Shown here: positions 19,432 to 31,100 of the stretch, piece by piece
How the letters are laid out: each line of letters opens with the position of its first letter
How positions within the stretch are numbered: the first letter of the stretch is position 1
Assembly: GCA_963765765.1 (NCBI GenBank)
Contig: CAVXYC010000010.1
Coordinates: 224,001-288,000, forward strand
Length of the DNA: 64,000 nt
Direction: 5' to 3'
Source: an uncultured Chloroflexia bacterium
Lineage (GTDB): Bacteria > Chloroflexota > UBA6077 > JACCZL01
The notes under the pieces: model-generated
Told to the model about the DNA's origin: nothing
The model's database searches: none
What the model saw: only the letters and a program-made list of their open reading frames with translations
Translations under genes and position numbers: made by a program

Positions 19432-20904
19432 GTGAGTCTGTCCACTGAGCCACTGCCCAAATATCGGCGAGTCATCGAGCTACTTCGTCAAGAGCTCGCC
19501 CATGATTCCGTGTTCGATCGGGTAGAAGAACGGCTTGTCTACGAGTACGACTACGGGTTGGACCGATCGCCCCCCGACCTCGTGGTGACTCCACGGTCTG
19601 CCGCTGAGGCCGCGGCTGTAGTTCGTCTCGCGGCAGCTGAGGGCATCGCGGTTGTGCCACGAGGCGCGGGCACCGGTATCGCCGGGGGCGCTGTACCGAT
19701 AGAAGGCGGGGTCGTCGTCTCGTTCGCGCGCATGCGCTCGATACGAGAAATTGATTTTGAGAATCGCGTGATGACGCTCGAGCCCGGTGTGGTCAATCTT
19801 GACATGACCAGGGCTGTAGAGGAGGCCGGCTTCTACTTCGCTCCCGACCCATCCAGCCAGAAAGCCAGCACCATTGGAGGAAACGTAGCCAATAACGCCG
19901 GCGGTCCGCACTGCCTTGCGCTTGGCACTACGACGAACCACGTTGTGGCACTTGATCTCGTGCTGAGCGACGGTGAGACGATTCAATTGGGAGGTGAAGC
20001 GCCTGATTCGCCCGGCTACGACCTGCTCGGCTGTGCTGTAGGCTCAGAAGGTACGATCGGTCTAATTACCGAGATTTCAGTTCGCATTCTTCCCCATTCT
20101 GAAGCCACGAAAACAGTGCTCGCAATTTTCGGCTCGGTGGAACACGCGTCAGCAGCCGTGTCTGAAATCATCGCCGCGGGAATCGTTCCGGCCGCGCTCG
20201 AAATCATGGACCAACTGGTCCTACAGGCTGTTGAAGCAGCCTTCCGCGCCGGATATCCGCCGGAGGCGGGCGCAGTCCTCTTACTCGAGCTTGACGGACT
20301 CTCGGAGACGGTTGGGGAGCAAGCTCCGCGAGTGGAGGCGATATGTCGGGGGCACGGCGCCAGTGAGCTGCGCTCAGCCGATACGGTGGAGGCTCGCGCC
20401 AAGCTCTGGGCTGGGCGGAAGGGTGCCGCGGCCGCCATGGGGCGAGTTGCACCGAACTACTATCTTCATGATGCCGTGGTTGCGCGCTCTCGACTTCCCG
20501 AGCTTCTTCATACGGTCGTGGAGATTGGGCATCGCTATGACCTGCCAATTGGCAATGTGTTTCACGCGGGAGACGGAAATTTGCACCCGATGATCATGTT
20601 CGACGTTCGCCAGCCCGGAGCGTTGGAGCGGGTCATGGCCGCTGGACGCGAGCTGCTCGAGGCCTGCGTTGCCGCGGGCGGCGCTCTCAGCGGGGAGCAC
20701 GGGATTGGACTCGAGAAAAACAATTTCATGCCGTGGGTCTTCAGTGAGGATGATCTCGACATGATGGAGCGTGCGCGAGACGCTTTCGATCCACACCACA
20801 TTTTCAATCCGGGAAAAATTCTCCCGTCCACACGCCAATGTGCCGACGTGCCGATTCCAGGACGTGCTGCCGCCCCATCGAAGGATCCGGGCCTGTGGGT
20901 CTAG
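19432..20904 (+). CDS. glcD: FAD-linked oxidase, glycolate oxidase subunit GlcD-like
   Basis: PRGAGTG, PDPSSQ, GGNVANNAGGPHC, GSEGT, FHAGDGNLHP, SGEHGIGLEK. Confidence 0.88.
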   Translation: MSLSTEPLPKYRRVIELLRQELAHDSVFDRVEERLVYEYDYGLDRSPPDLVVTPRSAAEAAAVVRLAAAEGIAVVPRGAGTGIAGGAVPIEGGVVVSFARMRSIREIDFENRVMTLEPGVVNLDMTRAVEEAGFYFAPDPSSQKASTIGGNVANNAGGPHCLALGTTTNHVVALDLVLSDGETIQLGGEAPDSPGYDLLGCAVGSEGTIGLITEISVRILPHSEATKTVLAIFGSVEHASAAVSEIIAAGIVPAALEIMDQLVLQAVEAAFRAGYPPEAGAVLLLELDGLSETVGEQAPRVEAICRGHGASELRSADTVEARAKLWAGRKGAAAAMGRVAPNYYLHDAVVARSRLPELLHTVVEIGHRYDLPIGNVFHAGDGNLHPMIMFDVRQPGALERVMAAGRELLEACVAAGGALSGEHGIGLEKNNFMPWVFSEDDLDMMERARDAFDPHHIFNPGKILPSTRQCADVPIPGRAAAPSKDPGLWV

Positions 20905-22183
20905 CAACATCGCAACACCAGGGTATCTCTCCCGAGCCTGCGGACTACTTTAGCTGTGTTCACTGCGGACTCTGCTTGGAGCATTGCCCGACGTATCTCC
21001 AGACCGGACTTGAGATGTCTTCGCCCCGAGGCCGAATTCACCTCATCACGGCACTCAATGAGGGACGGATTGATGCCTCCGAAACCTACGCCGAGTCGAT
21101 CGAGCAGTGCCTGGTCTGCCGCGCTTGCGAGGCCGCGTGTCCGTCAGGCGTGCCATTCGGCCGCCTCATGGAGTCCGCGAGAGCCCAGCTCCATGAGCGG
21201 CGCCCGCCAGGGAGAGCTCGTCGGGCGCTGGAATGGCTGGTGTTTAGCCAGCTCATTGGTCACCCACAGCGACTGCTGAACCTGGCCGGTCTACTTCGCG
21301 TTTATCAGCGGAGCGGCTTGCAAAGGTTGATTCAGCGGAGCGGCGTGCTGCAGGCACTTGCTCCGCGCGTGGCTGGACTGGACCAGATGCTTCCGGCGCT
21401 TCCGAAAAAATTCTTCCACCCTAGCCGCGACTTCTTCCGGCGCCGGGGAAGGCTCGAGCAAGAGTCGCATTGTTCACAGGCTGCGTGATGCCGTTACTCT
21501 ACCCCGCGGTTCACTGGGCAACGATTCGAGTCCTCAATCGAAACGGCTGCGATGTTTACGTGCCGGGTGAGCAGGTGTGCTGCGGTGCGCTCAACGTGCA
21601 TTCTGGAGAGCGTGAGCGAGCAAGTGAGATGGCAGTCACCAACGTCGGCGCATTTGCTAACCTGCCAATTGATGCCGTCATCGTGAACGCCGCGGGCTGT
21701 GGCTCAACGCTCAAAGAGTATGGCGATATCCTTCCATCTGGTGATCGTCTGGCAACAAAGGTTCGCGACATCCATGAGTTCCTCATAGAGCTCGGACTTC
21801 GTCAGCCGCTAGGTACAGTCAACCGGACGGTTACCCTCCAGGAGTCGTGCCATCTTGCGCACGCTCAGCGAATCACGGGTCCCCCGCGGCAAATCCTGGA
21901 TGCGATACCGGGACTCTCACTGGTCAACATGGCGCATCCCGACAGATGTTGCGGGAGCGCAGGCAGCTACTCGCTAACTCACACCGAGATGTCGATGAAT
22001 CTCCTGGATCAGCGGATGGACGAGGCCCGCGCAAGTGGCGCCAACACGATCGTCACGGCGAACCCAGGCTGCCTTCTTCAGCTTGCGACCGGTGTGAAAC
22101 GGCACGACCTGTCCATGGATGTCAAGCACATCATCGAGCTGCTCGATGAATCCTACGCCGCCGAGTCGCGCTGGGACTCTTAA
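20895..22183 (+). CDS. glcF: Glycolate oxidase Fe-S subunit GlcF-like; apparent frameshift near 21440
   Basis: CVHCGLCLEHCPTY, CLVCRACEAACPSG and two CCG domains (CCGALNVH, CCGSAG) across ORFs 20838-21488 and 21470-22183. Confidence 0.88.
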
Positions 22184-22185
22184 AG

Positions 22186-22253
22186 CGGTGGGACGGGCTC
22201 TGCACCCGCAAGTGAGGCGCGGTGACCGTGGTGTACGGATACCCGCCCCACCG
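22186..22253. repeat. Degenerate REP-like inverted pair between convergent genes
   Basis: CGGTGGGACGGG ... CCCGCCCCACCG (11/12 complementary). Confidence 0.4.
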
Positions 22254-22262
22254 AGACGTCCA

Positions 22263-23081
22263 CTAGCTTCTGCTGGCACCCTCAGTAAGTCCGCCATCCA
22301 GGCTCTTTACGAGTGACTGAATTTTGGGGAACGTCAGGCCTGGCCGTCGCACTGGGCGATCCGTAACCGGAGCTTCAATGGTGACCGGCTGGTTGTGCTT
22401 TGAATACTGGATTGTCATGTCTATCGTGCCCGGAAGGGCATCTCCGCCTGGCTCAATCGCAGGTACCGTGAAGGCAAAGACAACGCGCTCTTTGTAAAGC
22501 TGGCGATCGTCATTACCCACCCAGACCTCAAGGTTTGCCTTGAGAGACTTGAGCGCATCTCGAACGGTCTGATCGTCATTCGGCGAAAGCTCAGAAAGTG
22601 CTAGAAGGAGCCCCAGGTCGAGCTCGGTTGACCACTTCGTCGTTAGTTTTCCGTTGACTCGCTCCTGACCCTGGACGCTGTACGGTCCCTTGGGCAGCAC
22701 ATCGGAGAGCACGATGGGACCGACGTTCAGCGGCACTTCGGGCGGGATCTCCTGCTCTTCCCATTTGGGATCGAATTTTGAGCGAGCGTAAAACGTGTTG
22801 TTCGCGGTGACCGTTTCCAAAGAGAGCGGTCCGATTTTATACGTGCCCGCGCTCTTGTCCGGTGGTGCGAGGGAGCCCTGACCAGTCACGTCCACGGTGA
22901 TGCCATCAACTTTGAAAAAGCCATTAAGGTCGAACTGGGCTGATCGGAACGGGACAATGTCCGGACCGGACACACCTTTCTGCTCCATGGGGCCCGCAAA
23001 GAGCGTCGCGGGTGCGAGTCCAACAATGGCAATGATCGCAGCGAACACGGCGGCGAGGGGCCAACCTACGAATCGAGACAT
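22263..23081 (-). CDS. Exported hypothetical protein, possibly LppX/LprAFG (LolA-like) fold
   Basis: Signal peptide; beta-rich body; GQERVNGKLTTKW...EVWVG...YSKHNQPVTIEAP pattern. Confidence 0.6.
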   Translation of the reverse strand: MSRFVGWPLAAVFAAIIAIVGLAPATLFAGPMEQKGVSGPDIVPFRSAQFDLNGFFKVDGITVDVTGQGSLAPPDKSAGTYKIGPLSLETVTANNTFYARSKFDPKWEEQEIPPEVPLNVGPIVLSDVLPKGPYSVQGQERVNGKLTTKWSTELDLGLLLALSELSPNDDQTVRDALKSLKANLEVWVGNDDRQLYKERVVFAFTVPAIEPGGDALPGTIDMTIQYSKHNQPVTIEAPVTDRPVRRPGLTFPKIQSLVKSLDGGLTEGASRS

Positions 23082-23151
23082 AGACCTCTCCATGGGCTGA
23101 GTGGCGGCCTCGTCCCTGCCGCGGTGCGTGATCTGTGACTGTGTGGCCTGG

Positions 23152-24352
23152 CTAGCCGGCTCGTTCAACGACGCTCGCAATCCCTTGCCCAACGCCGATG
23201 CACATCGTAGCCAGACCGTATCGAACGTCTCGACGCTGCATCTCGTAGAGGAGCGACGTCATGATGCGCGCACCGCTGCAGCCAAGCGGATGCCCAAGTG
23301 CGATAGCGCCGCCATTTACATTGACCCGCTGGTGATCGAGCTCCAGCTCTCGCAGGCATGCGAGTGATTGGGCTGCGAAGGCCTCGTTCAGCTCTACTAG
23401 GTCAATATCGTCAACGTTGAGGCCAGCACGAGCGAGCGCCTTTCGCGTCGCCGGGACAGGACCGATTCCCATATAGGCCGGGTCCACGCCCGCCACAGCC
23501 GCAGTAACTAGGCGCGCCATCGGTGTGAAGCCGAGCTCAGCTGCTTTCTCGGCAGACATCATAAGCAGGGCGCAAGCGCCGTCGTTGATGCCGGCCGAAT
23601 TGCCGGCCGTGACTGTCCCGTTTTTACGGAAGGCCGCGGGTAGCGCTGCCAGCTTTTCCAATGAAGTGTCAGCGCGCGGATGTTCATCGCGATCTACGAT
23701 GAGGGGCTCGCCTCGCCGCTGCGGGACGGCGACAGGGACGATCTGCGTATCGAATGCGCCGTTTCCCTGGGCCGTTACTGCTCGCTGCTGACTATGAAGC
23801 GCGAATGAGTCCTGTTCCTCGCGCGAGATTCCGAACCGCTCGGCGACGTTCTCGGCCGTCTCCCCCATACTGATGGGCTCATACATGGCCGCCATGCGCG
23901 GATTCACCATGCGCCAGCCAAGCGTACTGTCGTAAACGGTCTGATTGCCCCTCGGAAATGCGCCATCACTCTTGGGCATGACAAACGGGGCGCGGGTCAT
24001 GCTTTCCACGCCGCCGGCGATAAAGACGTCGCCTTGTCCCGTCTGAATTGCCTGGGCGGCGCTGTTTATGGCCTGCAGACCCGATCCGCACAGACGATTG
24101 ATGGTCTGCCCCCCGACCTCTTCAGGTAGTCCAGCGAGCAGGAGACTCATCCGCGCGACGTTTCGATTGTCCTCACCAGCTTGATTGGCGCAGCCGACGA
24201 GCACGTCTTCGATCAGTGTGGGATCAACGCCAGTACGGTCGAGAAGGGCTCGAAGAGCCGTAGCGAGGAGGTGGTCCGGCGACATCTTTGAGGGCGCCGC
24301 CGTGGCGGCCGATCGGCGTCCGAACCGCGTCAACAATTACGGCATCTGGCAT
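23152..24352 (-). CDS. Acetyl-CoA C-acyltransferase (PcaF/PaaJ-like thiolase); apparent frameshift near 24280
   Basis: [19 protein letters not shown] from ATG 24352; [45 protein letters not shown]. Confidence 0.92.
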
Positions 24353-24387
24353 GGCGGGCTCATGATATCACCACGTCTAACCTGGGA

Positions 24388-24705
24388 TCAGTGGGCTACG
24401 CCGTTCTCCTCTTCGTCATCGTCGAAGCGTGGGTCGCTATATACCCCGATCTCCTGTCCCTGGTAAACGGTGACCACGAAATCGTCGCGTGGAAGGTCAG
24501 CGCTCCAGACAAGGTCTTCGTCAATCGTCTCGATGAGCTCCATCGTCTCGTCTTCGGGAAGCTGACGTTCTACGATTAGCAGGCCGTACACGATGCTCGA
24601 CGTGAAATGAAGATCAACACGCGCCAGTGGCTCGTCGCCCTGACTGATCAAGTAGGCCTCAGACCGGTCCGTCCGGCAGATGCGATCGTAGTGCAGGCCG
24701 TCCAT
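24388..24705 (-). CDS. Small acidic hypothetical protein
   Basis: ATG 24705 after GAGGGG; ~105 aa of ordered-looking sequence. Confidence 0.7.
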   Translation of the reverse strand: MDGLHYDRICRTDRSEAYLISQGDEPLARVDLHFTSSIVYGLLIVERQLPEDETMELIETIDEDLVWSADLPRDDFVVTVYQGQEIGVYSDPRFDDDEEENGVAH

Positions 24706-25120
24706 AGTGTGCGCGCCCCCTCGCAAGCCCGAAAGCGTCCGCGTGAGCCATCGCAAGCTCGGGCCCCACGCTCTGATCATCCTAGCACGCTAGTCGTGGA
24801 TCAAACGCAGTTGAACCAGTTGCTTTCGACCGTTCGCGCGAAGCACCTCAAAAAGCATTCCCGGTTCGCGGTCGATAGGTAGAATTGGAGCATCCGTGGC
24901 ACCGACGCGTAGAATCACATTCGGTGCTACGTTGACAGAAGGCATGCGCCGCTAGGCTTGCTGCATCTCATCACAATCCCACTACAGTCGAATCACTCCA
25001 ACATGCAGCCGTGTGGCAATGCAGCCTCGGAACTAACCTGTTTCGTACCATTGGCAACGGTCAATCGATCTCGGCTGCACGGTTAGCGGCGCTATCGAAA
25101 TATCACGCGACACGGATGTC

Positions 25121-26140
25121 ATGAACGTACTTATCACCGGCGGCGCCGGCTTTATCGGTGCAAATCTGGCGCGCCGATTGTTGCGCCGTGGCGAGTCAGT
25201 AGCCATCTTGGACAACTTTTCGCGTCGTGGATCGCCGAAAAATGTCGAATGGCTGCACAGCGAGTGTGAGAGTCGGCCAGAGATCTTCCAGGGAGACCTC
25301 GCTGATTCAGAGGCTGTCCTGCGAGCGGTAGCTTCGGCCGAGGTGATCTACCATCTCGGTGGCCAGGTAGCTGTCACGACCTCCGTACTTAAGCCGCGTT
25401 TGGATTTCGAAGCCAATGTGCTCGGGACATTCAACGTTCTGGAAGCGGCGCGAGCGAGCGAGCGACAGCCGATCGTGGTTTATGCGTCGACAAATAAGGT
25501 TTACGGCGCACTCGAGTCCGCCGAGGTTGTCGAGGACGAGAAGCGTTACCACTTCAAAATGCTGCCGTACGGCGTTCCGGAGGAATGGCCGCTCGATTTC
25601 CATTCCCCGTATGGATGCTCCAAGGGCGCCGGCGATCAGTATGTACGGGACTACGCGCGTATCTTCGGCCTTCGAACTGTGGTGTTTCGACAGTCGTGCA
25701 TCTTCGGCTACCGGCAGTACGGCATCGAGGATCAGGGCTGGCTGGCCTGGATGGTCATCGCGGCTATCACTGGGCAGCCCATCACAATCTATGGCAATGG
25801 CAAACAGGTGCGCGACATTCTCTTCGTCGAGGACCTTCTGGATGCCTATGATGCGGCTGTCAACCGCATCGACATCGCAGCCGGTCAGGTCTACAACGTT
25901 GGTGGTGGACCGGAGCATTCGCTCTCTGTCTGGGCGGAGTTCGGCCCCATGTTGAGTGAACTGCTCGATTGTCAGATCCCGGTGTCATATGGTCCCACTC
26001 GACCTGGCGATCAGCCGCTCTACGTGTCGGACATACGTAAGGCGAAGCGAGACCTGGGGTGGTCTCCGCAAGTCTCCATGCAGGACGGTTTGGAGAAGCT
26101 AGTCAACTGGGTACGGACGGCGCCCGAGATCGCATCATGA
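25121..26140 (+). CDS. NAD-dependent epimerase, CDP-paratose 2-epimerase (tyvelose epimerase)-like
   Basis: GGAGFIG, STNKVYG, DFHSPYGCSKG, FRQSCIFG...EDQGW. Confidence 0.88.
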   Translation: MNVLITGGAGFIGANLARRLLRRGESVAILDNFSRRGSPKNVEWLHSECESRPEIFQGDLADSEAVLRAVASAEVIYHLGGQVAVTTSVLKPRLDFEANVLGTFNVLEAARASERQPIVVYASTNKVYGALESAEVVEDEKRYHFKMLPYGVPEEWPLDFHSPYGCSKGAGDQYVRDYARIFGLRTVVFRQSCIFGYRQYGIEDQGWLAWMVIAAITGQPITIYGNGKQVRDILFVEDLLDAYDAAVNRIDIAAGQVYNVGGGPEHSLSVWAEFGPMLSELLDCQIPVSYGPTRPGDQPLYVSDIRKAKRDLGWSPQVSMQDGLEKLVNWVRTAPEIAS

Positions 26141-27330
26141 CGATGCGCATCTTGATGGCCATTACCTACTTCAAACCGTATGTCTCTGGGCTCACAGTGT
26201 ATGCCGAGCGGCTCAGCACGGCATTAGTGGGACAGGGACACAAGGTCACGATTCTCACCTCCCAGTTCGAGCGGGACCTGCCCATGCACGACGATGTATC
26301 AGGGGATACGAATCGTTCGGGTACCGGTCGGCTCGTGCGTGTGAGTAAGGCTGTTCTCATGCCCAGTTACGCCGCGATTGCATCGCGGCTCCTACGTGAG
26401 CATGACGTAGTGAACCTCCACTTACCGCAACCAGAATCCGCCGCACTGGCAGGTATCGCGCGGTACGTCGCGCGTCGCCCGATTGTCGTGACGTATCACT
26501 GCGACCTGACACTTCCCAAGTCGCTGGTCAACCGAGCCATCGACGAGGCAGCTTTCGCGAATAACTGGCTCACCGGCAGACTGGCGGACGCGGTGGTTGC
26601 GTATACCAATGATTACGCCGAGCATTCGCGCTTTCTGTCGCGATTTCCAGACAAACGACGGATCATTCCGCCACCTGTAACGATTCCAACTCCGGATCCC
26701 GCCGGTGTCGCCGCCCTGCGGTCACGTCTTGCGCTTCAGGATGAAAAGGTAATCGGTTTCGCCGCCCGATTCGCCACGGAGAAGGGCGTAGAAGTTCTGT
26801 TAGACGCCCTGCCGCGGATCCGTGCTGAGCTTGGAGACGTCCGAGTGCTTTTCGCCGGGCCGGATAAAGACGTGATTGGCGAAGCTGATTATCGAGCACG
26901 GCTCAGACCTCGGATCGAGGCGCTCGGCAGCGCCTGGGCATTCCTCGGCACGCTCACTCAGCAGCAGCTCGCTGACTTCTATTCGATCTGCGACGTCACG
27001 GTGCTACCGAGCATCAACTCTACAGAAAGCTTTGGCATGGTCCAGGTGGAGGCTATGGCAACGGGAACTCCCGTCTGTGCCAGCAATCTCCCCGGTGTTC
27101 GCGTCCCGATCCAGACCACCGGGATGGGCGCGGTGGTGACCATCGGCGACTCGCAGAGTCTGGCTCGCGCGGTGATCGAGGTCGTGCGCAATCGCGGTTT
27201 GTACGTACGGCCACGAGAAGAGATACAGGCGCTGTTTAGCCTGGAGCGGACAGTCGCGGAATACACATCTCTGTACGCATCGCTCATCCGAAGCCAAGCC
27301 CCTACAGTTGCTGATGGAGTGGCGGTGTGA
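26137..27330 (+). CDS. Glycosyltransferase family 4
   Basis: EKG and ESFGMVQVEAMATGTP motifs; ATGA overlap with the epimerase. Confidence 0.9.
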   Translation: MTMRILMAITYFKPYVSGLTVYAERLSTALVGQGHKVTILTSQFERDLPMHDDVSGDTNRSGTGRLVRVSKAVLMPSYAAIASRLLREHDVVNLHLPQPESAALAGIARYVARRPIVVTYHCDLTLPKSLVNRAIDEAAFANNWLTGRLADAVVAYTNDYAEHSRFLSRFPDKRRIIPPPVTIPTPDPAGVAALRSRLALQDEKVIGFAARFATEKGVEVLLDALPRIRAELGDVRVLFAGPDKDVIGEADYRARLRPRIEALGSAWAFLGTLTQQQLADFYSICDVTVLPSINSTESFGMVQVEAMATGTPVCASNLPGVRVPIQTTGMGAVVTIGDSQSLARAVIEVVRNRGLYVRPREEIQALFSLERTVAEYTSLYASLIRSQAPTVADGVAV

Positions 27331-28139
27331 CCCAAGCGACGACTCAGCGACCGCCGAGCCCGGACTTCCTGGCGCAACACCTTCGCGAGGTGCCGCCCTT
27401 CAGGGCGCTCATTCGAGCGATCGAATGTCGGCTGTTCGATGAGCTCGGCGAGCTCCAGCATCCCGTCCTGGACCTCGGATGTGGCGATGGCCATTTTGCT
27501 TCCGTAGCCTTCCGAGAAGCGCTCGACATGGGTATCGATCTGGACGAGCGATCCATCCAGGATGCGCAGCTTCGCAAGGCGCATGGAATAGTCCTGCGCG
27601 GGAGCGCCACCGCAATTCCAGCGGGCGATGGCGCATTTGCAACCGTCGTAAGCAATTGCGTCGTCGAGCACATTCCTGACCTCGCCGGCACGCTCAGCGA
27701 AGTCAAGCGAGTCCTTCGCCCGGGCGGCCTGTTTGCGTTCGGCGTACCGAGTCATCGCTTTGCTGACCTGTTGCTCGGAAGCACGCTGCTGCACGAAGTA
27801 GGACTGGATCGGCTCGGAGATCGTTACGGTCGCTGGTTCAACAAGCATTCGCGACATTTCCACACCTACCATCCAAATACCTGGCTGCGCTTGCTCGATG
27901 CTCACGGATTCGGAGACATTCAGTGGCAGTACTACATGAACGCCGCGGGCCATCGAGCCTTTGACATCGCGCACTACGTCAGCGTTCCAAACCTGGTGGC
28001 TTACAAGCTGACGGGTTCCTGGGTGCCCTGGCAGGTGCCGTCGGTGGAGAAGTGGATCGACCGGTGGCTCCGTCCGTATTACGAGAGCGGGGCGCCCGAT
28101 GATGGCGCATACATCTTCTTCGCATGCCGCAAACACTAG
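27327..28139 (+). CDS. Class I SAM-dependent methyltransferase
   Basis: VLDLGCGDG, SNCVVEHIPD, RVLRPGG. Confidence 0.9.
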   Translation: MTQATTQRPPSPDFLAQHLREVPPFRALIRAIECRLFDELGELQHPVLDLGCGDGHFASVAFREALDMGIDLDERSIQDAQLRKAHGIVLRGSATAIPAGDGAFATVVSNCVVEHIPDLAGTLSEVKRVLRPGGLFAFGVPSHRFADLLLGSTLLHEVGLDRLGDRYGRWFNKHSRHFHTYHPNTWLRLLDAHGFGDIQWQYYMNAAGHRAFDIAHYVSVPNLVAYKLTGSWVPWQVPSVEKWIDRWLRPYYESGAPDDGAYIFFACRKH

Positions 28140-28188
28140 ATCCACCGTTTGATAATCGCATCTCGGCGAGCTTCAACCTTGCATAGGC

Positions 28189-31100
28189 ATGGCTGAGAAC
28201 ATCCTCCAAAATCCGATGCGGCGAACCGAGTCGCGCAGTGAATCTCGGGCACTCAGCCTGCCGCGGATCGATTCCTGGGTGTGGCTCGTGGCAATTCTGC
28301 TGGTTGGCTCTCTGCTTCGGTTCGTCGGGATTGCCTGGGACGAGACGTACCATCTGCACCCGGACGAGCGGTTCATGACGATGGTGGAGACCGCCATCCG
28401 CGTTCCCGAAAATCTCAGCGGCTACTTCAATACCGCCACTTCTACGCTGAGTCCCTACAACAACAACTTCGGCCTGTACGTCTACGGCACGTTTCCGCTG
28501 TACCTCGTCAAGGCAGTCGGTCAGGTGCTGGACAAGGCAGGCTACGATCAGATCAATCTCGTCGGTCGCGCGCTCTCGGCTCTGTTTGACGTGGGGACGA
28601 TTGCCGCGACTGCGCTCGTTGGGCGACGTCTGTACGGAGCCGCGGTGGGGCTCGTCGCGGGCGGGCTATATGCGCTGATGGCGCTGCCGATTCAGCAGGC
28701 ACATTTCTTCACGGTAGACAGTTACGCGTCGTTCTTCGCAGTCCTGGCTGCCTATCTCGCAATCCGGATCGGGGAAAGCAATAGTCGCTGGGACTACCTG
28801 GCTCTGGGCGCGGTTGTTGGGTTTGGCATCGCTTGCAAGATCAGCATGTTCGTGCTTGGGGGATTCGCTGCCCTGGGCGCCATTATCGTGCTCTATAGAG
28901 CCTACGAGCGCGAGAGAGTGATTAGCGCATCCCTTGTCGAGTCGATTGCAGTTCGCCTCTTGTTATCTGGAATTGTCGCTATCCTCACCTTCCGGGTCCT
29001 CCAACCGATCGCGTTCCAGGGTCCCACGATTCTGAACTTCACCCCAAACGAGCAGTGGCTCGCGAATATGGCGGAGGTGCGCGGACTACAGAGCGGCGAG
29101 CGTGATTTTCCACCCGGCCATCAGTGGACGGATCGACCCGCAATCTGGTTTCCCTGGTCCAACATGGTGCTCTGGGGAATGGGCCTGCCACTGGGTTTAG
29201 CGGCGTGGATCGGCTGGGCCTTCGCGGCCTTCGAGCTGATTCGCAGGCGCAAGATCGAGCACTTCATCCCGGTCGTCTTTATCGGCATCGTGTTCCTCTT
29301 TCAGGGAACGCAGTGGGTAAAGTCCATGCGCTACTTCCTCCACATCTATCCCTTCCTCGCGATGACGGCGGCCTATCTGCTGCATCGGATGTGGATGGCG
29401 GGTCGGGTCAACGGCGCCGTTGGACAAATTAGTACGGTATCGCGAGCGATCGTCCTTGGCATCGTGGGCTTAACGGCGCTCTATGCCATCGGATTCACTT
29501 CGATTTACACAAGGCCACACTCACGTGTGGACGCTTCACGGTGGATCTACGACAACGTGCCTCGCGGGGCCGCGATTGCCAACGAGCACTGGGACGACCC
29601 ACTTCCGCTCAGGTTGGACGGTCGTGACGGCTTTGGTGGTTACTACCGCGGCCTAATGCTCAACAACTATGACGAAGACACACCGAAAAAGCTGGATGAG
29701 CTCGTGGCGAACCTTGTCCAGGCCGACTATCTCGTGCTCTCCAGCAATCGGCTGTACGACTCTATTCCGCGGTTGCCGATGCGCTATCCCATGACGACGC
29801 GATACTACGAGCTTCTCTTCGCAGAACAGATCGGCTTCCATCGCGTGGCGGAGTTCACTTCCTATCCCAGTATTCTGGGCATCTCGTTGCCAGATCAAAG
29901 CGCAGAAGAAGCCTGGAGCGTCTACGACCATCCAAAGGTCACCATTTTTCAGAAGACTTCCGACTTTGACCGTGCCCGTGTTCTCGCTCAGCTAGGGGGT
30001 GGTATCGACTGGGACGGGATTCTTCGACTCCGACCTGACCAGGCGACCAAAGTAAAGACAGGTCTGATGCTCAGCCCGAGTGATCAGACAACCTATCAGG
30101 CAAGCGGTACGTGGCGAGAGCTTTTCTCAACTGAAGGCATCAGTAATCGATTTCCTCTCGTCGCCTGGTGGCTAGCCATTCAGGTGGTGGGATTGGCCGC
30201 CCTGCCGATCATCATGGTCGCTTGCCGATCCCTGGTTGACCGCGGCTGGGCTATCGCCAAGCCACTGGGGCTTTTGCTGGTGGCGTGGTTGGCATGGATG
30301 GCGGCCAGCCTACACCTGGCGGAATTCGGACCGAGCCTGGTCTTCGCGTCGCTCGGGGTTGTTGCGATCGTCTCGTCGCTTGTGCTCGCTGCGCGTGGAC
30401 GAGACGTTCCGTCCATCCTGCGAGCTCGCTGGAGAATCATCGCACTGGAGGAAGCGCTCTTCACGGTCGCCTTCCTTGGGTTCGTTGCGGTCCGAGCGGC
30501 CAATCCAGATATCTGGCATCCGGTGATGGGCGGCGAGAAGCCGATGGACTTCGCCTATTTGAATGCCGTGATCAAGTCCGCCTACTTTCCTCCGTACGAT
30601 CCCTGGTTCGCGGGCGGCTTTATCAATTATTACTACTTCGGATTCGTCCTGGTGGCGGGGCTTGTCCACCTCACCGGGGTGGTACCCGGGGTCGCCTACA
30701 ACCTGGCCGTTCCGACGTTTTTTGCGGCGACGCTGGTCGGAGCATTCGCGGTGGCGCTCAATCTCGTTCAACGACTTCCGGGGACCACTGGGCGAAGCTC
30801 AATCAACGTGGAGCCCACGAGTCGAGCGGCAGTTCTTGCCGGGGTAGCCGCCTCACTTGGAGTTGCCGTCATGGGCAACCTTGGCGAGCTGCAGCTCTTG
30901 CTCAAGGGCCTTCACGACATTGGTCGAACGGTTATTCAGCTCCCGTTTCTCACCGAGGTCTTACGGGTGACAGACGGTCTCCGGATGGTTATCGGCGGGG
31001 GTAAAACCCTGCCCTTCCGCACGGAGTGGTGGTACTGGAATGCGACCCGGGTGATCGATCACCCGCAGGGTGAAGCGGTTCCAATCACGGAGTTCCCTTA

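Noticed and set aside
24780-25120. Riboswitch or ncRNA in the 340-bp gap before the glycosylation locus
   Set aside because: Only one modest hairpin (~24896-24930) and no recognisable aptamer consensus; this fits a divergent promoter region.
26979-28145. 388-aa minus-strand ORF and similar long antisense ORFs (43370-44161, 48585-49352, 53256-54086)
   Set aside because: These are shadow ORFs of well-supported genes, expected at high GC.
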